Shown: positions 9,401-18,128, counted from the whole stretch's first letter. The stretch is 30,712 nucleotides of DNA, filler included, from an uncultured virus (IMG/VR IMGVR_UViG_2049941000_000697) (14 parts of one record of this genome joined end to end with filler, not necessarily neighbours in it); one strand, 5' to 3'. Translations and numbers: made by a program. Notes: generated from the sequence alone by a model not told the origin.

Positions 9401-9892
9401 TTACATGTCTTTGGCGTAGGCGTCCATGGCGTCTTCGAGCGCGGCGAAAAGTTCGTCCGCAATGTTCATCGGGAATTCCTGTTGCGATCGCTCGTGCTGA
9501 TCGCCACGGTCTGAGGTGCGGCGCACCTTGTGGCAGGTCACGGTCTTTCGGCCGTTCATGGGGGTGTTGTATTCCACGAAATACTGCTGCATCACGGCAT
9601 CCGGATCGCGGGCGAAATCGTCGCGGTTGCGACCGTCGATCATCGCCTCGCAGAGCCGGAGCTGCTGCTGTTCGCGGGCGGTTTCCGCCTCCGGGTGACG
9701 TGCGAAGTATTCCTTTTCCACTTCCCGCAGCAACATCCGCGCGCGGTTGTTGAGTTCTGCAAGGGCTCGTGTCCGTTCGCCGTCGGCGGTGCGGGTCACG
9801 GCATCCAAGAAGGCGCAGAGCGCCTCCATATGGCGCTGCGTTTTCCGGAGCGCCGCGTCGGTCATCGTGGCGATGCGGGGATCCATCGTCAC
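9401..9892 (-). CDS. Hypothetical protein
   Basis: GTG at 9892 (or ATG at 9886) coupled to the upstream stop, AGGAGG RBS; complete ORF. Confidence 0.65.
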   Translation of the reverse strand: MTMDPRIATMTDAALRKTQRHMEALCAFLDAVTRTADGERTRALAELNNRARMLLREVEKEYFARHPEAETAREQQQLRLCEAMIDGRNRDDFARDPDAVMQQYFVEYNTPMNGRKTVTCHKVRRTSDRGDQHERSQQEFPMNIADELFAALEDAMDAYAKDM

Positions 9893-10215
9893 GCCTCCTG
9901 TGCCGGCGCGGGTTTCGGGAGCTTGAAACCGGCGTTGAAAACCGATTTTTTGATCCCGCAGTTCCTGCACGCCTCCTCGTCGAGGTGGTGCGGGCAGTGG
10001 TCGAGGCAACTCTTGGCGATCGCGCCGAGCAGGATCGCAATCGCGCCCTTGTTCTCGATCGGCGTCTCCTTCTTCCCGCCGACGGCGTCGGAAACGAGCT
10101 GCTTCTCCAGTTCGTCGATCCGGGAATCCTTGCCCTTGAGATCGTTCTTCAGGGCCTCGATCTGTTTCCTGGCCTCCGCCAGCTTCTCTTGCAGTTGTTC
10201 TTTCGTCAGAGCCAT
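9889..10215 (-). CDS. Hypothetical protein with coiled coil and CxxxC...CxxC cluster
   Basis: 108-aa ORF with AAGGAGG RBS; KSCLDHCPHHLDEEACRNCG. Confidence 0.7.
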   Translation of the reverse strand: MALTKEQLQEKLAEARKQIEALKNDLKGKDSRIDELEKQLVSDAVGGKKETPIENKGAIAILLGAIAKSCLDHCPHHLDEEACRNCGIKKSVFNAGFKLPKPAPAQEA

Positions 10216-10276
10216 GTTTCCTCCTTTGTTTTGCGGGGCGCTTTCCGCCCCGGGTTGGATTGGATCAGCTTCTTCG

Positions 10277-10437
10277 TCACCTCAAAAGGCAATCGACGAT
10301 CGCCACCATGAAGACGGCGGCGACGCAGGCTGCGACGAACCATTCCAGCTTGCTTTCGGCGCGGCTCTCGCGGTCGTACCGGGCCCGCTGTTCCTGGCGG
10401 TTCCGCGCCATCTTCTCGCGGATCTGCTGCCGATTCA
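10277..10437 (-). CDS. C-terminus of a small membrane protein
   Basis: ...ESKLEWFVAACVAAVFMVAIVDCLLR* hydrophobic helix. Confidence 0.5.
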
Positions 10438-10447
10438 NNNNNNNNNN

Positions 10448-10929
10448 GCCGCTGCGCGCCCACGGAGGAGCCGCGGAGGCCGCAGGAGCCGCCTTAACGC
10501 TCGCCCCGGGGGTCGATGCCCCGCCGAGGCTTCCCGCGGTCTGACGGGGCCGGAAACGCTTGATCTCGTTCCGCTCGTCGTCGGTGTTGCGGTCGGTGCG
10601 GATCGCCACCTGGATCGAGAGCGGGATCATGTGGATCTCCGAGGTGTCGGCGGGGCCGCNNNNNNNNNNGCCTGCTCGTTGACGTTCTCGAGATTGAAGT
10701 TCTTGTAGATCTGCCGGCCCTTGAATTCGCCCTCGATGATCTCGAAGGTCATCGGGAGATAGCGGCCCTTCCCGCTGCGGGAGGTCACGAGGCCGTCCTC
10801 GCAGGTGCGCTCGTCGGAGGGGTCGCCGCCCGAGCTGGTGATGATCGCCTGATAGATCCCCGCGGGGATGAGTTCGGTGACGCTGTGGACTTGCGAATAA
10901 TCGATCTTGCTGCTTCCGAATCCTGCCAT
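10448..10929 (-). CDS. DUF669-family phage SSB-like protein, gapped
   Basis: IPAGIYQAIIT...SGKGRYLPMTFEIIEGEFKGRQIYKNFNLEN...RNEIKRF...APPWAR; follows the AAA_24 gene as expected. Confidence 0.8.
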
Positions 10930-10943
10930 GATGTTTTCTCTCC

Positions 10944-11304
10944 TTATTTGGTGGGTTGGGTTTCGGTTTCGGGTTTGGTTTCGTAGGTCGCCTGCCATGC
11001 GGCGATGAAGGCGTTCCAGTCGAGCGGGAGCTCCTGCGGCATCCCCTCGAAACGACGTTTCGCGATCTGGGGGCCGTCGATGCCGCCGCCGTCGGTGATG
11101 ATGATGCGTTCGCCGCCGTCGCGGCCGATGGCTTCGGTGCGGACGTCCTTCTTGTTGAAGCCGGCGTCCTCGGCGGTCTTTCGCACGCGCCGCGTGGCAA
11201 AAAAGACGCCGTCGGTCGATTCGACCAGGATGTCCATCGCCTTCTTGTAGAGCCGGGGCTGGAACTGGTCGTACTGGCCGATGNNNNNNNNNNAGAATGG
11301 ACAT
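10944..11304 (-). CDS. AAA_24/Sak4-like ATPase: start (MSIL, 11304) and C-terminal fragment
   Basis: YDQFQPRLYKKAMDILVESTDGVFFA...GGERII...AKRRF...ELPLDW; the Walker A/B piece is at 12057-12293. Confidence 0.8.
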
Positions 11305-11330
11305 TTTGCTCTCCTTTGGTTGATGTCCGA

Positions 11331-12003
11331 TTACGGTTTCAGGGTGAATATCTGCTTGCGTTCGTAGCCGGTCGGCCAGATGCCGGTGCGGCGGCATTCC
11401 GCGAGGCGCCGCAGCGCGGCGTCGTTGAGACGTTCGGCGATGTCGAGTTCGGCGGAGGGGATCAGCCAGTACCCGGCCACGTGGAAATCCGTCTTGTCCA
11501 CGGCGATCATGTGCACCGGGAAGGTCTGGCCGCAGCGTTCCTGCAGCACGCGCCGGTAGAAGGCCATGTTGAAGGCGTAGCCGAAATTCCGCATGTCGTA
11601 CTCGAAAAAGCGGATGTCGCGGCACGTCTTGAGATCCACGATCCCGACGTCCGGATGAAAATAATCCATCCTGATCTGACAGTCGAGGCCGCCCACCTGG
11701 GCGCGGACGACGCCTTCGGCGACGCCGCCGGGCAGCAGCAGCTTCCGGGAGATCTCCGGATGCTGCATGACGCTCTTCCGCATCGCGTCCATCTCGGCGA
11801 ATTCCGCGGTCGTCNNNNNNNNNNGCGCGCCCGAAGGCGAATTCCGCCCGGTCGGGCTCCTGGTACAGCCCGGAGATGGTCGCGTAGTATTTGTAGGGCA
11901 TCTCGACGAATTTCGCCAGCAGGTGGCTCGAGATGTATTCCCCGCTCTTGCTCTTGCCGTGATACACGTCTTCCGGCTCGTGTGCGATCCCGTAGAGGTT
12001 CAT
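11331..12003 (-). CDS. PD-(D/E)XK exonuclease, RecE/exonuclease VIII-like (DUF3799), gapped
   Basis: EDVYH...YISSHLL...FGR...AEGVVRA...CQIRMDYF...IVDLKTC...YAFNMAFYR...WPTGY. Confidence 0.85.
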
Positions 12004-12056
12004 GCTTCGATCCCTCCGCATTCGACCAGGTGCTTGGCGTAGGCGTNNNNNNNNNN

Positions 12057-12293
12057 CCATACTGCTCGCAGATGTAGCGGAAAAGCATCCGTTCCGCCGC
12101 GGAGATGCTGTCGATCGCCAGCGTCTGGAAATCGTGCGCCTCGTCGCGGATCGCCACGAGTTTCTCCTTGAATTCGCCGTAGGTCTTCGAGATCGGGAAT
12201 TTCGCGCAGTCGATCTCGTTCAGGCCGTCTTCGGTCGGAATGAAGATCGTCCCCGGCGCCTTGGCGGCGAAGGGCGATTTGCCGACGCCTTCC
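12057..12293 (-). CDS. AAA_24/Sak4-like ATPase, N-terminal P-loop fragment (misplaced)
   Basis: EGVGKSPFAAKAPGTIFIPTEDGLNEIDCAKFP...FQTLAIDSISAAERM. Confidence 0.85.
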
Positions 12294-12393
12294 NNNNNNN
12301 NNNNNNNNNNNNNNNNNNNNNNNNNNNNNNNNNNNNNTTAATTAATTAANNNNNNNNNNNNNNNNNNNNNNNNNNNNNNNNNNNNNNNNNNNN

Positions 12394-12755
12394 CGGGGGG
12401 TGTTCGTGCCGTTTTCCCAGCCGCAGACGGTGGATTCGGCCACGCCGACCGCCTTTGCCAGCTGCAGCATCGTCAGCCCCGCGTTCGTCCGCCGCAGGTA
12501 CAGCGCCGCGCGGTCGAAGGTAGCCGGGTCGGGCACCGCCTTCGCCGGGGCGTCCCCGTAGCTCGCGATCTCGCTCTCCGGACACCGCAGGATCGCCGCC
12601 AGCTTCGGGATCTTGTCGGGACGCGGCTTCAGATACTGGTGCTTCGCCCATTTTTGGGCGGTCTGCTTGGTCACGCCGCAGGCCGCGGCAATGTCGTCGA
12701 ACGTCAGCCCGCGCGCTTCGCGGATGCGCCGGAAATTCTCTTTGTGGAAGATCAT
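12394..12755 (-). CDS. XRE-family regulator 3 with two tandem HTH domains, 3' truncated
   Basis: IREARGLTFDDIAAACGVTKQTAQKW and LRRTNAGLTMLQLAKAVGVAESTVCGWENGTNTP. Confidence 0.85.
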
Positions 12756-12756
12756 G

Positions 12757-12952
12757 TCATGCCTCCCTTCCGGCGATCATCTCGAATTTCAGCGCCAGCT
12801 GACGCAACAGCTTGGCCATTTCGCGCAGCTCCTGCGGCGACACGTCGTTCTGCCGTCCGTCGCCATAGGTGGCGATCTCGTTTTCCGCGCATCCGAGCAC
12901 GGCGGCCAGTCGCGGGATGCGGCGGGGGCTGGGTTGGAATCGCGGCATCGTC
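12757..12952 (-). CDS. XRE-family regulator 2, C-terminal fragment
   Basis: QPSPRRIPRLAAVLGCAENEIATYGD is paralogous to KPRPDKIPKLAAILRCPESEIASYGD; stop abuts the XRE3 start. Confidence 0.75.
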
Positions 12953-12962
12953 NNNNNNNNNN

Positions 12963-13389
12963 GCACGATGTTATCGGCCGCCTTCTGCGCCTGCCGCATG
13001 CTGCGAATCGGCAAAATGTAGTAGAAAACTTTCTTCGCCCGCTTCCCCTCCTGCGGGATCGATCTCTTTTTCAGGTCGCGAAACATCCAGTGATTCGCAT
13101 TCGCCGACCTCGAGGCCGCGATCTTGGCCCGGGAATACTTCTTCGCCCCTTGCGAGGCCGCCACCTGATTCATCAGGCCGCTTTCGGATCCGGCCATATA
13201 GAGCGGGCCGACGCCCTCCAGCATCAGCCAGGCGGCGACGTCCGCCTTGCTCCTCATGCCGCCCTTCGGCATGCGATGGACCTGATACCATCTCGGATCG
13301 GGAGACGTGCCCGCCATGCCGCCGAATTCCAGCGTCCGGGGGACGTCTTTGCCGTAAAACATCGTCTCTTTCTGCGGGCCGACGTAGGC
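12963..13389 (-). CDS. Middle fragment of the HK97 gp10-like neck/tail protein (misplaced)
   Basis: AYVGPQ...YGKDVPRTLEFGG fits between ...SIRFAVDEPAL (17536) and RPFMGP (16544). Confidence 0.55.
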
Positions 13390-13399
13390 NNNNNNNNNN

Positions 13400-13845
13400 G
13401 TGCCCTCCACGCGGTAGTCGCCGACGCGGTAGTGATCGAATTTCCAGCCGCCATCGTAGCAGAGGCTCTTCTTGATCCGGAAGCACGTCGTCTCGCGGTT
13501 CTTCGTGACGCATCCGAAGCCGAAGACGGCGCGGAAATAGAAGTTGTCGCCGTCATGCAGCGCGGCGAGCATCGAGGCCGTCTCGAGCGCTCCCTTGGTG
13601 TGCATCATGCACGCCTCGCAGAGCATCCGAGTGCCGGCATGGTACGCCCGGCGCCCCTCCTCGCCGCACATGGCGCAGCACCCGGTGCGGGCCTCTCCGG
13701 CCCCGGCGATCTCCGCCTCCGGATCCGGATCGGCGTCCTCCGCCGCAGCGTCGGCCTTCGGCGCCTCCGGAGCGCCCTTCGTCTCGGCGTAGCGGTAGAG
13801 ATCGAACCATTCCTTCTGTTTGTCGTGTTCATCGATGGCATAGAC
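13400..13845 (-). CDS. Internal fragment of a hypothetical protein with Zn finger (CCAMCG...LCEAC)
   Basis: One frame open across the whole contig: VYAIDEHDKQKEWFDLYRY...CCAMCGEEG...MLCEACMM. Confidence 0.55.
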
Positions 13846-13899
13846 NNNNNNNNNNCGGTCTGGTGCGGATCTCGACCTCGAAGGTGATCTCCGGCGTTT

Positions 13900-14241
13900 T
13901 CATTTCCGCCCCCCCCGAATGGCGTACCGGGCGCCGCGGCGGCCGGTGCCCTGACTCACGATCTCCACGATCCCTTCGCGGATCAGCTGTTCCATGATCG
14001 CTTCCCGGTTCTTGGCGCCGGGGATCGTGTGGCCGGCGTTCTGGCTGATNNNNNNNNNNNNNNNNNNNNNNNNNNNNNNNNNNNNNNNNNNNNNNNNNNN
14101 NNNNNNNNNNNNNNNNNNNNNNNNNNNNNTCCGCAGGATGGCGAGGATGCGCGATTCCGCCTTGCTCCACAGGTTGTCGGTCAATTTTTTGAGTTCGCCT
14201 TCCGAGAAGTCGCACTCCACGCGGACGATGATTTTGCTCAT
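13900..14241 (-). CDS. Small winged-helix-like protein, gapped
   Basis: ATG at 14241 with AAGGAGAGCA RBS; KAESRILAILR [gap] ISQNAGHTIPGAKNREAIMEQLIREGIVEIVSQGTGRRGARYAI. Confidence 0.55.
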   Translation of the reverse strand: MSKIIVRVECDFSEGELKKLTDNLWSKAESRILAILRXXXXXXXXXXXXXXXXXXXXXXXXXXXISQNAGHTIPGAKNREAIMEQLIREGIVEIVSQGTGRRGARYAIRGGRK

Positions 14242-14276
14242 GTTGCTCTCCTTTTTGTTTGGGGGTTGCCGCGTTG

Positions 14277-14362
14277 TTACGGTTGAAGTTCGGCCAGCGC
14301 CTCGGCGATGCGCGCCAGTTTTGCGCTCAGCGTCCGCAGGTCGTCGGCGGCCCCGCGCAGCA
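14277..14362 (-). CDS. C-terminal helix of an upstream gene, probably XRE regulator 3
   Basis: LRGAADDLRTLSAKLARIAEALAELQP* resembles the helical tail of XRE2 (LREMAKLLRQLALKFEMIA). Confidence 0.45.
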
Positions 14363-14915
14363 NNNNNNNNNNNNNNNNNNNNNNNNNNNNNNNNNNNNNN
14401 NNNNNNNNNNNNNNNNNNNNNNNNNNNNNNNNNNNNNNNNNNNNNNNNNNNNNNNNNNNNNNNNNNNNNNNNNNNNNNNNNNNNNNNNNNNNNNNNNNNN
14501 NNNNNNNNNNNNNNNNNNNNNNNNNNNNNNNNNNNNNNNNNNNNNNNNNNNNNNNNNNNNNNNNNNNNNNNNNNNNNNNNNNNNNNNNNNNNNNNNNNNN
14601 NNNNNNNNNNNNNNNNNNNNNNNNNNNNNNNNNNNNNNNNNNNNNNNNNNNNNNNNNNNNNNNNNNNNNNNNNNNNNNNNNNNNNNNNNNNNNNNNNNNN
14701 NNNNNNNNNNNNNNNNNNNNNNNNNNNNNNNNNNNNNNNNNNNNNNNNNNNNNNNNNNNNNNNNNNNNNNNNNNNNNNNNNNNNNNNNNNNNNNNNNNNN
14801 NNNNNNNNNNNNNNNNNNNNNNNNNNNNNNNNNNNNNNNNNNNNNNNNNNNNNNNNNNNNNNNNNNNNNNNNNNNNNNNNNNNNNNNNNNNNNNNNNNNN
14901 NNNNNNNNNNNNNNN

Positions 14916-15052
14916 GCGCGCGGCGACGGTTTCCCGTCCCGCTCCCAGCGACTGACCATGCTTTGCGAAACATGACATGCGGCGGCGATCTTGTCGTGTG
15001 ACAGCCCCTTCGCCTCGCGAAGCTGTCGGAACACATCTTTCCGAAAGATCAT
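14916..15052 (-). CDS. XRE-family regulator 1, N-terminal HTH
   Basis: MIFRKDVFRQLREAKGLSHDKIAAACHVSQSMVSRWERDGKPSPR; ATGA-coupled to the RHH gene. Confidence 0.85.
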
Positions 15053-15219
15053 TTCTCCTGCCCCTTCTCGTCACTGTGGCAAGTTTGGGCAAGATTTTCG
15101 GCAAAAAAATGATTCATGATCTTCCGGATCACGGCGGCCCGATTGCTGTGGCCGTCCTTCGCTGCCAGCTTATCCAGCAGCGGCCCCCACTCGTCGGGGA
15201 TGTCGAAACTGGTCTTCAT
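15049..15219 (-). CDS. Ribbon-helix-helix (CopG/Arc-like) regulator in the cro position
   Basis: MKTSFDIPDEWGPLLDKLAAKDGHSNRAAVIRKIMNHFF; AAGGAGAGCA RBS; first gene after the early promoter. Confidence 0.75.
   Translation of the reverse strand: MKTSFDIPDEWGPLLDKLAAKDGHSNRAAVIRKIMNHFFAENLAQTCHSDEKGQEK
15077..15093 (+). promoter_or_regulatory. Candidate operator TGGCAAGTTTGGGCAAG inside the 3' end of the RHH gene
   Basis: 15/17 identical, in inverted orientation, to the early-promoter spacer (15278-15294). Confidence 0.45.
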
Positions 15220-15271
15220 GTGCTCTCCTTTTTTGTGGTTGTCTTCGGGCACTTCACCGTGCCACGTCTCA

Positions 15272-15300
15272 ACTATACTTGCCCAATCCTGCCATGTCAA
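15272..15300 (-). promoter_or_regulatory. Sigma70 early (lytic) promoter TTGACA-N17-TATAGT
   Basis: Perfect -35 at 15300-15295, 17-nt spacer, -10 TATAGT at 15277-15272, followed by an AT-rich upstream tract; about 50 nt before the RHH ATG. Confidence 0.85.
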
Positions 15301-15390
15301 GCCCGCAAAATAATATTTTTGGAATTTTTTTATCATTTTGGGAGATTTTTTGCCCCTCGGCATTATATTATGGAAAGAAANNNNNNNNNN

Positions 15391-15628
15391 ACCTTCATCC
15401 TCCGGAAAACATCCGCATCGTAGATCGGATCGAATTCAACAGAGAGCACAAGGCCGTCGCCGAGGACCTGCCGATCAATGCCGTCGGCGATCGCCTCCGT
15501 CAGCAGCAGCAGCGCGGGGATTTCGCTCTTGTCTCCGCACTTCTGCAGCACGGCCACGTTGATCTTGACGATCTTGTCGGGATCGCCACGAGTAGCCGCC
15601 CCCTCGTTGCTACGGATGTACGCCTGCG
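15391..15628 (-). CDS. Tail completion/terminator-like protein, middle fragment (misplaced)
   Basis: QAYIRSNEGAATRG...INVAVLQKC...TEAIAD...FDPIYDADVFRRMK fits between 17388-17525 and 17763-17801. Confidence 0.6.
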
Positions 15629-15671
15629 NNNNNNNNNNNNNNNNNNNNNNNNNNNNNNNNNNNNNNNNNNN

Positions 15672-15771
15672 TGACGGTAGCGCTTCCCACGCCGCACGCC
15701 TTCGCCATGGCGCGCATCGAAAGCCCTTTTTGCTCCCGAAGCTCCCGGAATCGGTCTTTGTGGAAAATCAT
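15672..15771 (-). CDS. XRE-family regulator 2, N-terminal HTH
   Basis: MIFHKDRFRELREQKGLSMRAMAKACGVGSATV with AAGGAGAGCA RBS; not in the ORF track. Confidence 0.8.
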
Positions 15772-15797
15772 CTTTTTTGCTCTCCTTGGGGTGTGAT

Positions 15798-15983
15798 TTA
15801 CGGGATCGGGTGATCATGGGCGGCGAGAAATCGACGGATCGTGTCCAGTGCGCGGATCAATTCCATCGCCACGGCATCGAGATCGACCGGTATCGGGTGC
15901 GCGTCCGTGGCGGCATAATATGCCAGCTCGTCTTCCCGGCAACCCAGCGCCGCCGCGATCAGCGGGATCTTGTCCGCGCGCGG
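15798..15983 (-). CDS. XRE-family regulator 1, C-terminal fragment
   Basis: PRADKIPLIAAALGCREDELAYYA...*; starts with CCGCGCGC, overlapping the end of the 14916-15052 piece. Confidence 0.75.
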   Translation of the reverse strand, partial: PRADKIPLIAAALGCREDELAYYAATDAHPIPVDLDAVAMELIRALDTIRRFLAAHDHPIP

Positions 15984-16083
15984 NNNNNNNNNNNNNNNNN
16001 NNNNNNNNNNNNNNNNNNNNNNNNNNNTTAATTAATTAANNNNNNNNNNNNNNNNNNNNNNNNNNNNNNNNNNNNNNNNNNNN

Positions 16084-16446
16084 GGACACGCTGATTGCTT
16101 CTTCCAGCGGTTGTTCGATGCTGCAGTTCGTCAGCGTCCAGTCCGCATCCAGCCCATTCCCGTCGCCATCGGTGACGAAAAAGGCCATTGCGGAGCCGTT
16201 CAGGAAGTTCGACATGACGGCCGCGCACAGCGTCTCCGACGGGTCGTAGTTCATGCCGAATTCAAGCGAACCTTCCTTCAGCGTCGCCTTCTTGACACGC
16301 CAGCCCTGCGCCGCGCGCGTGGTGATGTCGGCACTGCCGGCCTCCAGAGACAGGGTGACGTCTTTCACGTTCTTCGCTTCCGAGGACCCCTGCGTCCCGG
16401 CCACACCGTAGAGCAGTTTTGCTTCGAGACCGATTTTGATTGCCAT
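16084..16446 (-). CDS. Major tail tube protein, N-terminal part
   Basis: MAIKIGLEAKLLYG...NVKDVTLSLEAGSADITTRAAQGWR...TLKEGSLEFGMNYD...GLDADW...EQPLEEAISVS; AGGAGG RBS. Confidence 0.85.
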
Positions 16447-16467
16447 TTCTTTCCTCCTGTTGTTGAG

Positions 16468-16544
16468 TTAACGTATGGTGTTGGCGAGATACTGCGCCAG
16501 TTGATTGCGAGATTCTTTCATGCTCGGCCCCATAAAGGGCCGCG
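16468..16544 (-). CDS. HK97 gp10-like protein, C-terminus
   Basis: RPFMGPSMKESRNQLAQYLANTIR* directly upstream of the tail tube gene. Confidence 0.7.
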
Positions 16545-16554
16545 NNNNNNNNNN

Positions 16555-17115
16555 TGCTGCCCGGGCCGCATGATGTGCGCGTACTGGATCACCTGGCTTG
16601 CGGGGACCAGCACGGAATCGTCGGTGAGAAAGCCGATTCCCAGCGACCCGGGATGCACCTTCCAGAAGCGGAAAGCATCCGGATTGCCGTATTCGTCATA
16701 GAGGATGCCGTCGAATTCCTTGATTGCGCCGCTCTCGTAGTATTCCGCATATTCCGATACGATGCGGCTGCCGACCTGCTCCGCCTCGAAAAGGCAGACA
16801 TCGATCTTGGCCGGGCCGATAAGTTTCGGATTCCGCACGATCCGGAGAAAAACCTCGCCGTCGCGGGCCTTCGCGATCCGGGCCAGCCGCAGCTTGTCGG
16901 TCAGACCGATCTGCTCCGCCCACTGACGGAACCGCATTTCGCGGCCCTGCAGCGCGCTCCGGATCGCGTCNNNNNNNNNNCCGCACGGAGGCGGAGATCG
17001 CCGCATCAGCGCTCAAACCGTCTGCGAGCTTCCAGTGCCGCATCGCCTCCGGGCTGCGGCTCGCGGCATCGAAGGCGCCCCGCACCGCGTAATGTACCGT
17101 CGGCCGCTTCTTCAT
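16555..17115 (-). CDS. Portal protein, lambda family, N-terminal fragments
   Basis: FDAA...RHWKLADGLSADAA...; ARDGEVFLR...FEAEQV...DGILYDEYGNPDAF...HPG...RPGQ. Confidence 0.85.
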
Positions 17116-17312
17116 TTCTCCGGCCCCTGCGTCGAGATCCTGACCCCACGGATCGCGCCCCACGGATTGCGCCCGGCCCGCTTCTTGGAAATGTGTTTAT
17201 CCGCGGCGATTAAATCCTGCAGCGAATGCTGCGTTACTTTTTCGCCGTCGTTTTCGTAGCTCTTCGGTAGCTTCGCGGTCTCGGCGATCTGATTTGCAAG
17301 TTCTTCTGCCAT
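17112..17312 (-). CDS. Small head-completion (gpW-position) protein upstream of the portal
   Basis: MAEELANQIAETAKLPKSYENDGEKVTQHSLQDLIAADKHI...; ATGA-coupled to the portal gene. Confidence 0.7.
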   Translation of the reverse strand: MAEELANQIAETAKLPKSYENDGEKVTQHSLQDLIAADKHISKKRAGRNPWGAIRGVRISTQGPEK

Positions 17313-17338
17313 GTTTTTCCTCGATGATGATTCGTTCG

Positions 17339-17354
17339 GTAGATATATACGCCG
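17339..17354 (-). promoter_or_regulatory. Putative late-promoter motif CGGCGTATATATCTAC upstream of the head operon
   Basis: Exact 16-bp match to 2388-2403; 26 nt upstream of the ATG at 17312. Confidence 0.55.
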
Positions 17355-17387
17355 ACACAAAAAATCCCGCCCGAATCNNNNNNNNNN

Positions 17388-17525
17388 GACAACCTGCAGC
17401 GTCCGCACCTGATCCAGCTCGTAGGTCGGGACCAGGTCGAAAGAGATCGCGCTCGGCGCGCCTTCGATGGTGCCGATCTTGTCGGCAATCGCCTGACCGA
17501 TCCCGATCACGGTCGCGGTCGCGGG
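17388..17525 (-). CDS. Tail completion/terminator-like protein, N-terminal part (starts MSSDTATATV at 18325)
   Basis: ATATVIGIGQAIADKIG...LVPTYELDQVRTLQVV; 19-nt overlap with 18294-18312; its C-terminus IAVCTATVKVLS* is at 17763-17801. Confidence 0.6.
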
Positions 17526-17535
17526 NNNNNNNNNN

Positions 17536-17766
17536 CAGCGCAGGCTCATCGACGGCGAACCGAATGGAATGCCGGAAGCTGTGCTTCCCTTTGGTGTGCT
17601 GGAACGGAGGCGCGCCCGCGGCCGAGGTCTTGTGCTTCCGGAACCGGATCTTGTCTCTCGCACGCCTCATCAGGAGGCCCGCCGCCTTGTAGAGGGTGTC
17701 GATCTCGGCCTTCTTGGCGGCCATGAGGAGCTTGGAGCCGTCGAATTTGGTGATGCAGGAGATCAC
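17536..17766 (-). CDS. HK97 gp10-like neck/tail protein, N-terminal part
   Basis: GTG coupled to the upstream stop; LYKAAGLLMRRARDKIRFRKHKTSAAGAPPFQHT...RHSIRFAVD. Confidence 0.65.
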
Positions 17767-17811
17767 GAGAGCACCTTCACCGTAGCCGTGCAGACGGCGA
17801 TNNNNNNNNNN

Positions 17812-18128
17812 CGGGAAAAATTTTCCAGTTCATCCAGCAGGGCGATCGTCGCCGCCTCGATCGTGTCGCCGTCGAACCGGGCGGCGAAATCCTCCTGCGT
17901 CAGGCCGCGCTTCTCGGCCTGCTCCTCGCAGAGCACGTAGATGATGTTGAACAGGAGGATCGAATCTTCGGAGATCCTCTCCAGCAGCGGCTTCTCGCCC
18001 TGCCTGGTCGGCTGCATGCTGACGGCGTCCTCGATCCGGATCTGCAGCCTCGACTGCAGTCGCATGGCGCTCCCGATATTCAGATCGAGATCCCAGGCGT
18101 CGCCGTTTCTGTCGGTAAATGAATGCAC
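17812..18128 (-). CDS. Tail assembly chaperone (gpG position), N-terminal part
   Basis: MHSFTDRNGDAWDLDLNIG...LLERISEDSILLFNIIYVLC...DFAARFDGDTIEAATIALLDELENF; AAGGAGAGCA RBS; follows the tail tube end. Confidence 0.7.

Noticed and set aside
10232..10256. Hairpin CGGGGCG-GAAAG-CGCCCCG as a terminator
   Set aside because: On the coding strand it is followed by an A-rich RBS leader and not a U tract; at most a stabilising or processing hairpin.
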